Source: Bacillota bacterium (GTDB taxonomy: Bacteria > Bacillota > Sulfobacillia > JAJYWN01). Taken from it: a DNA stretch of 64,000 nucleotides. The position numbers were made by a program, and so were the translations under genes. Under the pieces are notes generated by a model. The model made no database searches. It saw only the letters and a list, made by a program, of their open reading frames with translations, and was not told where the DNA came from. Shown in pieces: positions 55,412-64,000 of the stretch (the stretch's first letter is position 1; each line of letters starts with the position of its first letter). The stretch is taken from NCBI GenBank assembly GCA_021791495.1, contig JAJYWN010000016.1:38970-102969 (forward strand). The letters are read 5' to 3'.

Positions 55412-56311
55412 TTGGCGTTCATCGTTCCTATCGGTGGCGGGGCCATCGGCCCGGCCATCATCAACAAACTCTTGGCCCTCGGCGGAGGCAGGTCGGCCGA
55501 CATCGTGATTCTGCCCACGGCCGCCGGAAAGGACCTGGTGGCCAGCGGTCGGCGGTACGGTGACCTGTTTGTTCGCGAAGGCGCGGGGCACGTGCGCGTC
55601 TTGGAAGTCGCCGATCGCACCGGCGCCGATGATCCGGAGAATGTGACCGCGGTGCGAGGGGCCGATATCATCTTTTTCGGCGGCGGTGACCAGACGCGGA
55701 TCACTGCCGCTTTGGGCGGGTCGAGGATGGAAGCGGTGTTGCGCACCCGCCTGGCGGGGGGACCGGTGGTGCTGGCCGGGACCAGCGCCGGCGCTGCCGT
55801 CATGGGCGAAGTGATGCCGGCGGCGGGAACGGGGTGGGGGGCGGTGCTTCGTGGTGAACGCGGCAGTGCGGCGGTCCTGGACGAAGCCCGCGAACCCTTG
55901 GTGCTGGCGGATGGACTGGGGTTTTTGCCGGGAGTGGCGTTGGACCAGCATTTTCTGGCGCGCGGCCGCTTCGGCCGGCTCCTTTACACGATCTCCAAAT
56001 TCCGCCGGCAGTCCTTCATCGGCCTCGGCATCGATGAAAGCACGGCCCTGGTCGTCCACTATCCGTCTCTCGTCGGCGAAGTCCGCGGGGACGGGGCGGT
56101 GTTGTTGTTCCGAGCCTCCCGCGATGGTTACGATAATCTCCCGGAGATGGGCGGTGGGGGCACGCCTCTGGCGTCTTTCGGGCTAACGGTGGACGTGCTG
56201 GCGCCGGGATGCGCTCTGGACGTCGCGCGCGGGCTGCCCCTCGCACCCTCTGAGGCCGCCCGAGAGGTGGCCGCGGCCGTATCGGCGGAGGCGGCGCAGG
56301 TCGAGGAGTAG
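55412..56311 (+). CDS. Cyanophycinase-like S51 peptidase
   Basis: PIGGG, PTAAG, GGGDQ, GTSAGA, DQHF, GIDE; GGAGG RBS with TTG start. Confidence 0.85.
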   Translation: MAFIVPIGGGAIGPAIINKLLALGGGRSADIVILPTAAGKDLVASGRRYGDLFVREGAGHVRVLEVADRTGADDPENVTAVRGADIIFFGGGDQTRITAALGGSRMEAVLRTRLAGGPVVLAGTSAGAAVMGEVMPAAGTGWGAVLRGERGSAAVLDEAREPLVLADGLGFLPGVALDQHFLARGRFGRLLYTISKFRRQSFIGLGIDESTALVVHYPSLVGEVRGDGAVLLFRASRDGYDNLPEMGGGGTPLASFGLTVDVLAPGCALDVARGLPLAPSEAAREVAAAVSAEAAQVEE

Positions 56312-56350
56312 CGGCGGAAGCACCGCGGGCGCGGGAGCCGGAGGCACTAC

Positions 56351-57565
56351 ATGTCGTCATTCACTACCTTGTCGGCCGCCGAACTACGCGAACTGCGGCG
56401 GATGACCGGCCTCGGGCCGTACCTGGGCATCTTCTACGGCCTGCCGCAGCCGGGACTGCCGCGGTTCGGCCACGGCGGAGATCTGTTCCGGTTGTTGACG
56501 CGGCTTTCGCCTGGGCGCGGTCTCTTCACGTTCGTGTTCACTCCAGAAAGCCTGCGGCCGCCAGAAGCGCTCTGCAAGGCCGACCGACTCGCCGGTCCGT
56601 CGACCGGCCCGTCGACCGCCCCGGTTGCCGGCTGGTTCCACGATGGGCGCGAATGGACGCGGGCGCTTTTCCCTTGGCCGGACGTCCTCTATGACCGTTC
56701 CATCGCCGACACCGAGGAAGAAAACCGCATCTTGGCCTGGGCGCGGTCCCAATTCCCGCCGGACCTGCCGGTCCTGAACAGCTGGCCTCTGGTGCTGGCC
56801 GTCGAAGATAAGTGGCTTACCAACAGCATCTTCGCTTCTCTTGCCGAAGCCCAGCCTTTCTTGCCGGCCATGTCCCTCTGCCGGAGCATGGCGGACATCC
56901 GCGACATGCTGGACAGGTTCGGCGCCGCGGTCCTGAAAGAACGGTACGGCCATAAGGCCCGGCGCGTGGCTTTCATCCGGCGGGAGGACGACCGCTTCGC
57001 CTCCGTCCGGGACACCGGCGGCCGCCAGGAACGGGCCGCGGGACTGGCCTGGCCTGATCTCGCGAAAATCCTGCAAACCCACATCGCCGGTGGTGAGTTC
57101 TTGGTCCAGCAGGCCATCGATCGGGCCCGTTTCCAGGGGCGCCATATTGAGCTGCGCGTGGTCATGCATAAAGCCGTGGATCGAGGCTTGGGCCGCGATC
57201 AGTGGTTGCGCACCGGGATGGTGTGCCGCCTCACGGACCCGGACCTTCCCTTCCTGGCTTTGGGCCGGGAGCTGGACGAACGCCCGTCAAGGGTCCTGCC
57301 GCGGGTTTTCGGGACAGCCCGGGCGGAGGCCCTATTAGACCAGGTCCGCTCTCTGGCCCGCTTGGTGAAAGTACTGGAAGACCGCACCGGCCCGGGAGCC
57401 GAGCTGGCCGTGGATTTTATGATCGATTCGGAGGCCCGTCCCTGGCTGCTCGAGGTGAACACTAGGCCGGCCATGCTTTTGAAAGCTACGGAATCCGAGA
57501 AACTGCGCCGCCGGGGGGCCGTGCGCCTCCTTGAATACGCCCGGTCCCTGGTCGAAAGACGGTGA
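56351..57565 (+). CDS. YheC/YheD family ATP-grasp protein
   Basis: WPDVLYDR, EDKW, LVQQAI, ELRVVMHK, LAVDFMID, WLLEVNTRP. Confidence 0.82.
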   Translation: MSSFTTLSAAELRELRRMTGLGPYLGIFYGLPQPGLPRFGHGGDLFRLLTRLSPGRGLFTFVFTPESLRPPEALCKADRLAGPSTGPSTAPVAGWFHDGREWTRALFPWPDVLYDRSIADTEEENRILAWARSQFPPDLPVLNSWPLVLAVEDKWLTNSIFASLAEAQPFLPAMSLCRSMADIRDMLDRFGAAVLKERYGHKARRVAFIRREDDRFASVRDTGGRQERAAGLAWPDLAKILQTHIAGGEFLVQQAIDRARFQGRHIELRVVMHKAVDRGLGRDQWLRTGMVCRLTDPDLPFLALGRELDERPSRVLPRVFGTARAEALLDQVRSLARLVKVLEDRTGPGAELAVDFMIDSEARPWLLEVNTRPAMLLKATESEKLRRRGAVRLLEYARSLVERR

Positions 57566-57612
57566 ATTCGCGACGACGCAAGTTCGCGGCGACATAAGTT
57601 CGCGGCGGCGCA

Positions 57613-57641
57613 TTGCCTTAATTCGAAGTCCGTGGTAACAT
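57613..57641 (+). promoter_or_regulatory. Sigma-A promoter of rplU-rpmA
   Basis: TTGCCT-17 bp-TAACAT with TGn. Confidence 0.6.
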
Positions 57642-57644
57642 TTC

Positions 57645-57750
57645 TAAATGCGGTGGCTTCATGAGAGCCCCGTCAACCGCACGGTAAAGGCCGACGCAAA
57701 AGCGCTCCTTTTGGAGCGTGCCCGAACCGGCGAGTCCAACCCCGGAGGGG
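57645..57750 (+). ncRNA. L21 leader-like ribosomal protein leader
   Basis: GCGGT/ACCGC stem, ACCGCAC and GGCGAGTC motifs directly upstream of rplU. Confidence 0.65.
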
Positions 57751-57757
57751 TGCTATC

Positions 57758-58072
57758 GTGTACGCGATCGTTCAGACTGGTGGCAAGCAGTACAAGGTTT
57801 CGCCCGGCGACGTGATCCGCGTGGAGAAGTTGGATGTGGAAGAGGGCCAGACCACCGAGCTTTCCAGCGTTCTGGCCGTAACCAGGGACGACGGTCAAGT
57901 GGTGGTCGGTACCCCGTTCATCGCCGGCGCCAAGGTGAAGGCCACCGTCCTGCAGCACGGAAAGGCTGATAAGGTCCTGGTCTTCAAGTATAAGTCGAAG
58001 GCCAACTACCGCCGTCGCCACGGTCACCGTCAGCCGTTCACCCGCGTGAAGATCGACGAAATCGCCTTCTAA
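57758..58072 (+). CDS. rplU: 50S ribosomal protein L21
   Basis: YAIVQTGGKQYKV, GHRQPFT. Confidence 0.98.
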   Translation: MYAIVQTGGKQYKVSPGDVIRVEKLDVEEGQTTELSSVLAVTRDDGQVVVGTPFIAGAKVKATVLQHGKADKVLVFKYKSKANYRRRHGHRQPFTRVKIDEIAF

Positions 58073-58132
58073 GAACGCAGGTGCGCCAGGCGAGGATCAT
58101 CGGACGTTGGTCCGAGTCAGGAGGTCGTTGAT

Positions 58133-58396
58133 ATGGCACATAAAAAGGGTGTAGGTAGTTCCCGTAACGGTCGGGATAGTGTTTCTAAGAGATTAGGTGT
58201 GAAGAGTGGAGACGGCTCGGTCGTCACGGCCGGCACCATCATCGTCCGCCAGCGTGGCACGCGCGTCCACCCCGGCAAGAACGTCGGGATCGGCGGCGAC
58301 GATACACTCTTCGCCTTGGCCGACGGCACGGTGAAATTCGAGCAGAAGGGCCGCGACCTCAAGGTCGTGAGCGTCCTCCCCGTCACCGCCGACTAG
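58133..58396 (+). CDS. rpmA: 50S ribosomal protein L27 (no N-terminal extension)
   Basis: [21 protein letters not shown]; AGGAGGT RBS 7 nt before the ATG. Confidence 0.98.
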   Translation: MAHKKGVGSSRNGRDSVSKRLGVKSGDGSVVTAGTIIVRQRGTRVHPGKNVGIGGDDTLFALADGTVKFEQKGRDLKVVSVLPVTAD

Positions 58397-58427
58397 GATC
58401 GACGGTCGTCAACTACACCAGAATCGC

Positions 58428-58460
58428 ACAAGAGGCCCGCTGCCATAGCTGGCCTCTTGT
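58428..58460 (+). terminator. Putative intrinsic terminator after rpmA
   Basis: ACAAGAGGCC...GGCCTCTTGT stem followed by TGTT. Confidence 0.55.
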
Positions 58461-58506
58461 TGTTATCAGGGGTAAGACCCAGCCGGACTCCCTCAAGACC
58501 CACTCA

Positions 58507-59433
58507 ATGAAGGGATTCGCCACCCGCATAGGGAAACTGGTGGCAAGAGTCGTGGGGGGTGGGCTATTGGACGCAAGGCAAGGGGACGCCCCGGGCCTGC
58601 GCCGCCGCCGGAGCAACGTGTTGGCTGCGGTTCTGGCCGGCCTTCCCGTGCTTATGGTCGTCGCCTCCAGTCTGGGTGTGGTCGCCACTTACGAAATTCC
58701 AGACTGGTCGGACGACACCCAGCGCGTCATGGCGGTCCTTTTTCTGATGCTGGGCGGGGCCGGGCTTTTCCTTGAGATCGAAATGCAGTGGCGCCGCCTG
58801 CGCGAGGCCCGGATCGAAGGCGACCGCCTTCTTCGCCACCGCCGCCACGATTATGCCAACCACCTTCAAGTCCTTTCGGGCTGGGCGCAGCTAGGAGACC
58901 TGGCCCGTCTCCGGTCTTATGTAAAGTCCGTCTCCAGCGATGTGGCCCAGGAGTCCGCGCTTTGTCGCAATCTCCCCGATCTTGCCGCCGCCGAACTGAC
59001 CAAGCTCCGGATGGCGGTACGGACGGGGGGCGGGCGCTTCAGTCTCCGCGTACGAGAGGCCGAGGAATTGACCGGCGACGAGCGGCACAGCATCCTAGCC
59101 GGCCTGACGGCCCTGAACGGCTTCTTTGGCGGCCTGACCGCCTATCCGACCTCAGACTGGACCTTGGAACTCACCGCGGGTGGGACTCCCGAAGGCTGTC
59201 CGGCGTTGGGAACTGGGTGCCCTACGCCGCACTGCTTCTGCGCCCGGCTCACGGGATGGCAGGGGACGGACCCCACCACGGCCCAGGAGGTGGCGGCCGG
59301 TCACCGCGGAAGCCAACGGGGAGGCCCCTTGGACCGCAAGATCCTCCGGCGGGAAGACGGGCGCGACGTACTGGTCTTTCCTCTGGGGCCGCACGCCGGC
59401 GGGGCGGCGGTTTCTCCGTTGGTTAAAGGGTAA
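58507..59433 (+). CDS. Spo0B-like phosphotransferase domain protein with two N-terminal TM segments
   Basis: RRHDYANHLQVLSGW; located between rpmA and obg, as spo0B is in Bacillus. Confidence 0.7.
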   Translation: MKGFATRIGKLVARVVGGGLLDARQGDAPGLRRRRSNVLAAVLAGLPVLMVVASSLGVVATYEIPDWSDDTQRVMAVLFLMLGGAGLFLEIEMQWRRLREARIEGDRLLRHRRHDYANHLQVLSGWAQLGDLARLRSYVKSVSSDVAQESALCRNLPDLAAAELTKLRMAVRTGGGRFSLRVREAEELTGDERHSILAGLTALNGFFGGLTAYPTSDWTLELTAGGTPEGCPALGTGCPTPHCFCARLTGWQGTDPTTAQEVAAGHRGSQRGGPLDRKILRREDGRDVLVFPLGPHAGGAAVSPLVKG

Positions 59434-59463
59434 GCTAAAGGCCAACCCTACCGAAACGAGTGA

Positions 59464-60942
<1,479 letters not shown>

Positions 60943-60943
60943 G

Positions 60944-61552
60944 TTGCGCATCGGAGTAATGGGGGGGACCTTCGATCCCATCCATTACGGCCACCTGGTC
61001 ACCGCCGAATCCGCCCGCGTCAAGTTCGGTCTCCATAGGGTCATCTTCGTCCCGGCCGGTCGGCCGCCCCACAAGAGCGCCGGAGGTGTCTCCGAGGCGC
61101 GCCACCGCTACCTCATGACGGTCCTGGCGACCATCATGGACCCGAACTTCGAGGTCTCCCGCATCGAGATCGACCGGCCGGGGCCCTCGCATACAGCCGA
61201 TACTCTCCGTCTCATGCGGGCGGAGTCAGGTGATTCCTGTGAGTTCTACTTCATCACCGGGGCCGACGCGGTCCTGGAGATGATGAACTGGCATGACCCC
61301 GGCGAAATCCTCTCCCAGTGTCAGGTCATCGCCGCCACGCGTCCAGGTTACAGCCGCGAGAGGCTGCACAACTGCGCCGTTGAAATGGCCCGCCGTTTCG
61401 GTCACCACCCGCTGGAAATGGAAGTGCCCGCCCTGGCCATTTCGTCCAGCGACATCCGGCGTCGCGTCGGTGAAGGCGAGGCTATCCGCTATCTGCTCCC
61501 AGATGCCGTCGAGAGCTACATCCGCAAGGCCGGCCTATACACAGCTGTTTGA
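60944..61552 (+). CDS. nadD: Nicotinate-nucleotide adenylyltransferase
   Basis: GGTFDPIHYGH, PPHK, FITGAD, ISSSDIR; TTG 60944 after GGGAGGT RBS. Confidence 0.95.
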   Translation: MRIGVMGGTFDPIHYGHLVTAESARVKFGLHRVIFVPAGRPPHKSAGGVSEARHRYLMTVLATIMDPNFEVSRIEIDRPGPSHTADTLRLMRAESGDSCEFYFITGADAVLEMMNWHDPGEILSQCQVIAATRPGYSRERLHNCAVEMARRFGHHPLEMEVPALAISSSDIRRRVGEGEAIRYLLPDAVESYIRKAGLYTAV

Positions 61553-61672
61553 ACAGTTCTGTAAAGCTAAATGACTGCTTCTAACTCTTGCTATGAATGA
61601 AGCTTTGTTGTAAGATGTCTATTGGAATTCATTGCTGCAAGGGCCAGCTGTTGGGAAAGGAGGTGCTATTTG

Positions 61673-61930
61673 GTGCCAAGGACCCTCTACGTGGGCAACC
61701 TGCCCTGGAAGACGTCTGAGGATGAACTGAACCAGGCTTTCGGCGCTTATGGCCAGGTCCAGAGTTGCCGCATCATCACCGACCGGGAGACCGGGAGGTC
61801 TCGCGGTTTTGGCTTCGTAGAAGTGGACGACTCCGATGTGGACAACGTGGTCCAGAACATGAACGGCTTTGTGTTGGGCGGGAGGGAACTGGTGGTCAGC
61901 GAGGCGAAACCCCGTCAACCCCGGTTCTAG
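61673..61930 (+). CDS. RRM-domain RNA-binding protein
   Basis: RNP2 LYVGNL, RNP1 RGFGFVEV; AGGAGGTG RBS. Confidence 0.93.
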   Translation: MPRTLYVGNLPWKTSEDELNQAFGAYGQVQSCRIITDRETGRSRGFGFVEVDDSDVDNVVQNMNGFVLGGRELVVSEAKPRQPRF

Positions 61931-62101
61931 TCGTTTTCTTGCGCGGGTTGTCTCTTTTCCATAGAACTGAATAGCACCTATGCCCGCCAAATCGGCGGGT
62001 CTGCCTCCTTGGTAATTTCCGGATCCGAACGGTTCCGTTGAAAAGTCCGGGAGGCTTTGCTATTTGGGCAGGTTTTTCACAAGAGGAACAGCGGGCCGTC
62101 G

Positions 62102-62110
62102 TGCTATAAT
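62102..62110 (+). promoter_or_regulatory. Extended -10 element (TGnTATAAT) upstream of the GT4 gene
   Basis: TGCTATAAT; no canonical -35 at 17 bp. Confidence 0.45.
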
Positions 62111-62175
62111 TACTTGTCCATGTCATAAGAGCGCCGTGTGACGGTGCCGTTCTTCACGCGGGGGGCCTGCATTTC

Positions 62176-63309
62176 TTGAAGGTCTTACACCTCATTAGCG
62201 GTGGCGACACCGGGGGGGCCAAGCCGCACGTCCATTCCCTCGTACGGTCGTTGTCCCAGCATAACGTGGAGGCACGCCTGGCCTGCTTCATGGAAGGACC
62301 GTTTTACCAGGAAGCCGTGCAACTCGGTCTGAACGTGGTCCTGCTAAAGCAGCTTCGCCGCTATGACCTTTCGGTGCTGAGAGCCATCGTGCGCATGGTG
62401 CGGGATGACGGCTACGACCTCCTGCACGCCCACGGGGCCCGTGCCAATTTCCTGGTCGCCTTGGTCAAGGGGCGTCTCGGGGTGCCGTGCCTCACCACCG
62501 TGCACAGCGATTACCGTCTGGACTTCCTCGGCAGCCTGTACAAGAACCTGGTCTACACCACTCTAAACTCACTGGCGCTGCGAAGGTTCGACTACTACGT
62601 CACGGTTTCGGAAGAGTTGCGCCAGGTCTTGATGGCCCGTGGCTTCGCCGCCGACCGTATCTCCGTGATCACAAACGGCATCGATTTCGACGCGAAGCTT
62701 CATCTGCCACCGAAAGATCAAGTCTTGGCCGCGAACGGCCTCGCTTTCGGCCCGGACGATCTTGTCGTCGGTACGGTGGGGCGGCTGAGCCGGGTGAAAG
62801 ACTACCCGACCTTGCTCCGCGCGGCCGCCGAAGTGGTCGCCACGCAGCCAAGGGCGCACTTCCTGATCGTCGGGGACGGCGAGGAGCGGGCCGCTCTGGA
62901 GAGCCTGGCGCAGTCCTTGCGAATCCTCCCGAACGTCCATTTCCTGGGCTTTCACGCGAACCCTCATCCTCTCCTGAACATCCTGGACGTCAACGTTCTC
63001 ACGTCGATCAGCGAGGGCTTGCCGTATGCCCTGCTTGAAGGAGCACGATTGGCGGTGCCCGCAGTGAGCACCCGAGTGGGCGGGGTCCCGCACCTCATCG
63101 CCGACGACGAGAAAGGGCGCTTGTTCGAGGTCGGCGACCACCGCCAACTGGCGGCGCACCTCATCACCTTGTTGGGGGACAGAGAAATGCGCCGCCGTCT
63201 GGGGACGAACTTGCGGGAGCACGCCCGGCAGAACTTCTCTGTGGAACGGATGGCCACACGCCAAATCGAGATCTACAAAGGAATCATCGAGGGGGGACGG
63301 GTCCGTTGA
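62176..63309 (+). CDS. GT4 glycosyltransferase (cell-wall polysaccharide locus)
   Basis: HLISGGDTGGAKPH, HAHGARAN, TVHSD, ITNGID, VGRLSRVKD, SEGLPYALLEG. Confidence 0.9.
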   Translation: MKVLHLISGGDTGGAKPHVHSLVRSLSQHNVEARLACFMEGPFYQEAVQLGLNVVLLKQLRRYDLSVLRAIVRMVRDDGYDLLHAHGARANFLVALVKGRLGVPCLTTVHSDYRLDFLGSLYKNLVYTTLNSLALRRFDYYVTVSEELRQVLMARGFAADRISVITNGIDFDAKLHLPPKDQVLAANGLAFGPDDLVVGTVGRLSRVKDYPTLLRAAAEVVATQPRAHFLIVGDGEERAALESLAQSLRILPNVHFLGFHANPHPLLNILDVNVLTSISEGLPYALLEGARLAVPAVSTRVGGVPHLIADDEKGRLFEVGDHRQLAAHLITLLGDREMRRRLGTNLREHARQNFSVERMATRQIEIYKGIIEGGRVR

Positions 63310-63797
63310 GAATCGTCGACCGCCAGGGTCGTCTGTTCGGCCTTATCAACATCATCGATATCTTGGTCGTGCTTCTGGTGGTTTCGGCTCTTGGTTTCTA
63401 CGTGTACAAGCATAAGGCCGTGAACCCGCGTATCGCTCCAGCGGCCAAGACATACACGGTGCAGGTACTGGTTCAGGAAGTCCGGCAGGTTACGGTGAAC
63501 GAACTGAGATCCGGGCTTGTGGTGAAGGAGTTCGACGCCAACACCGTCATGGGGACCATCCGCGCCGTGGATATCAAACCGGCGCTGCGGCTCGTGCAGC
63601 GGGATGACGGCCAAGTGCTATCCACCCCGGTGCCCGACCGGTCCGACGTGACACTGACCATCGAGGCGCCCGCCCAGACGACCGATTGGAGTATCCGCAT
63701 CGCCAACACGGACATGCGGATCGGTTCGACGATCAAGGTTACGGGCCAGCGGTTCATGGTCACGGGAACGGTGGTCGGATTGGAGGAGAAGAAGTAA
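63306..63797 (+). CDS. DUF4330-like protein
   Basis: IVDRQGRLFGLINIIDILVV N-terminus, TM, beta-rich domain. Confidence 0.75.
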   Translation: MRIVDRQGRLFGLINIIDILVVLLVVSALGFYVYKHKAVNPRIAPAAKTYTVQVLVQEVRQVTVNELRSGLVVKEFDANTVMGTIRAVDIKPALRLVQRDDGQVLSTPVPDRSDVTLTIEAPAQTTDWSIRIANTDMRIGSTIKVTGQRFMVTGTVVGLEEKK

Positions 63798-63800
63798 GCT

Positions 63801-64000
63801 ATGCTGGCTAGGGCTTGGCGGAACCGCATAGCCGGACTGGCCCAGTGGGCGGCGACCGTGGGAGCATGGGTTGATTCCAGCTTCGTCAGCCGTTCGCTGG
63901 GTAAGACTGGCGCGGTCTTGGGGGCGGCCCTGGCCACCTCCGTTCCCGCCAGGGTCCTGTGGTGGGACCGGTGGGCCGGCCAGATGGCGGCGGCCCGACG
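63801..64000 (+). CDS. Hypothetical protein, 3'-truncated by window edge
   Basis: ATG 63801, frame open to the end of the window; product not identifiable from 66 codons. Confidence 0.45.
   Translation, partial: MLARAWRNRIAGLAQWAATVGAWVDSSFVSRSLGKTGAVLGAALATSVPARVLWWDRWAGQMAAAR

Noticed and set aside
57565-57607. AAGTTCGCGGCG near-tandem repeats after the YheC/D gene as an insertion scar
   Set aside because: No matching copy at the left border of the inserted pair; more simply local slippage.

Overview
64-kb chromosomal window from a high-GC (about two-thirds G+C by eye) endospore-forming Bacillota; the taxon is inferred from the ger, spoIVF and Spo0B-like genes. No rRNA, tRNA, CRISPR array or transposase was seen. 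Contents in order: (1) a partial GT4 and an S9 peptidase; (2) a minus-strand operon of tctCBA, two paralogous two-gene modules (2x[4Fe-4S] protein plus Cys/His-motif protein) and a DUF1932-type NAD(P) oxidoreductase, divergent from a SARP/BTAD-AAA regulator; (3) a tightly coupled ~17-kb Pel-like polysaccharide locus (13.5-30.8 kb) with pelF carrying a TPR tail, a pelG-like gene, a PelA-like hydrolase and galE, but no pelD or pelE. It instead has two DivIVA-like coiled-coil proteins, a degenerate TM-GAF-HD-GYP-(Cys/Trp) protein, two paralogous GT-C-like membrane proteins, a GT2, an ATP-grasp ligase, a CE4 deacetylase and an MFS; (4) YihY, an amidase, a flavodoxin-like protein and a HutP-family protein; (5) a 17-bp VNTR, promoter, TPP riboswitch, thiT and thiN; (6) an inverted-repeat-bounded 341-bp element followed by a wHTH + PD-(D/E)XK-like nuclease gene; (7) a membrane protein, a lipoprotein, copA and gerKA-KC-KB; (8) the conserved spoIVFA-spoIVFB-radical SAM pair-rng-rplU-rpmA-(spo0B-like)-obg-nadD-RRM backbone, with a cyanophycinase-like + YheC/D ATP-grasp pair inserted and no prp/ysxB; (9) GT4, DUF4330 and a truncated final ORF. 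Best candidates for undescribed biology: the PelD/PelE-less Pel-like locus with its HD-GYP protein and DivIVA-like pair, the duplicated Fe-S/Cys-His module, the wHTH-nuclease with its IR element, and the cyanophycinase/ATP-grasp pair. All family assignments come from motif recognition by eye; no database search was run.
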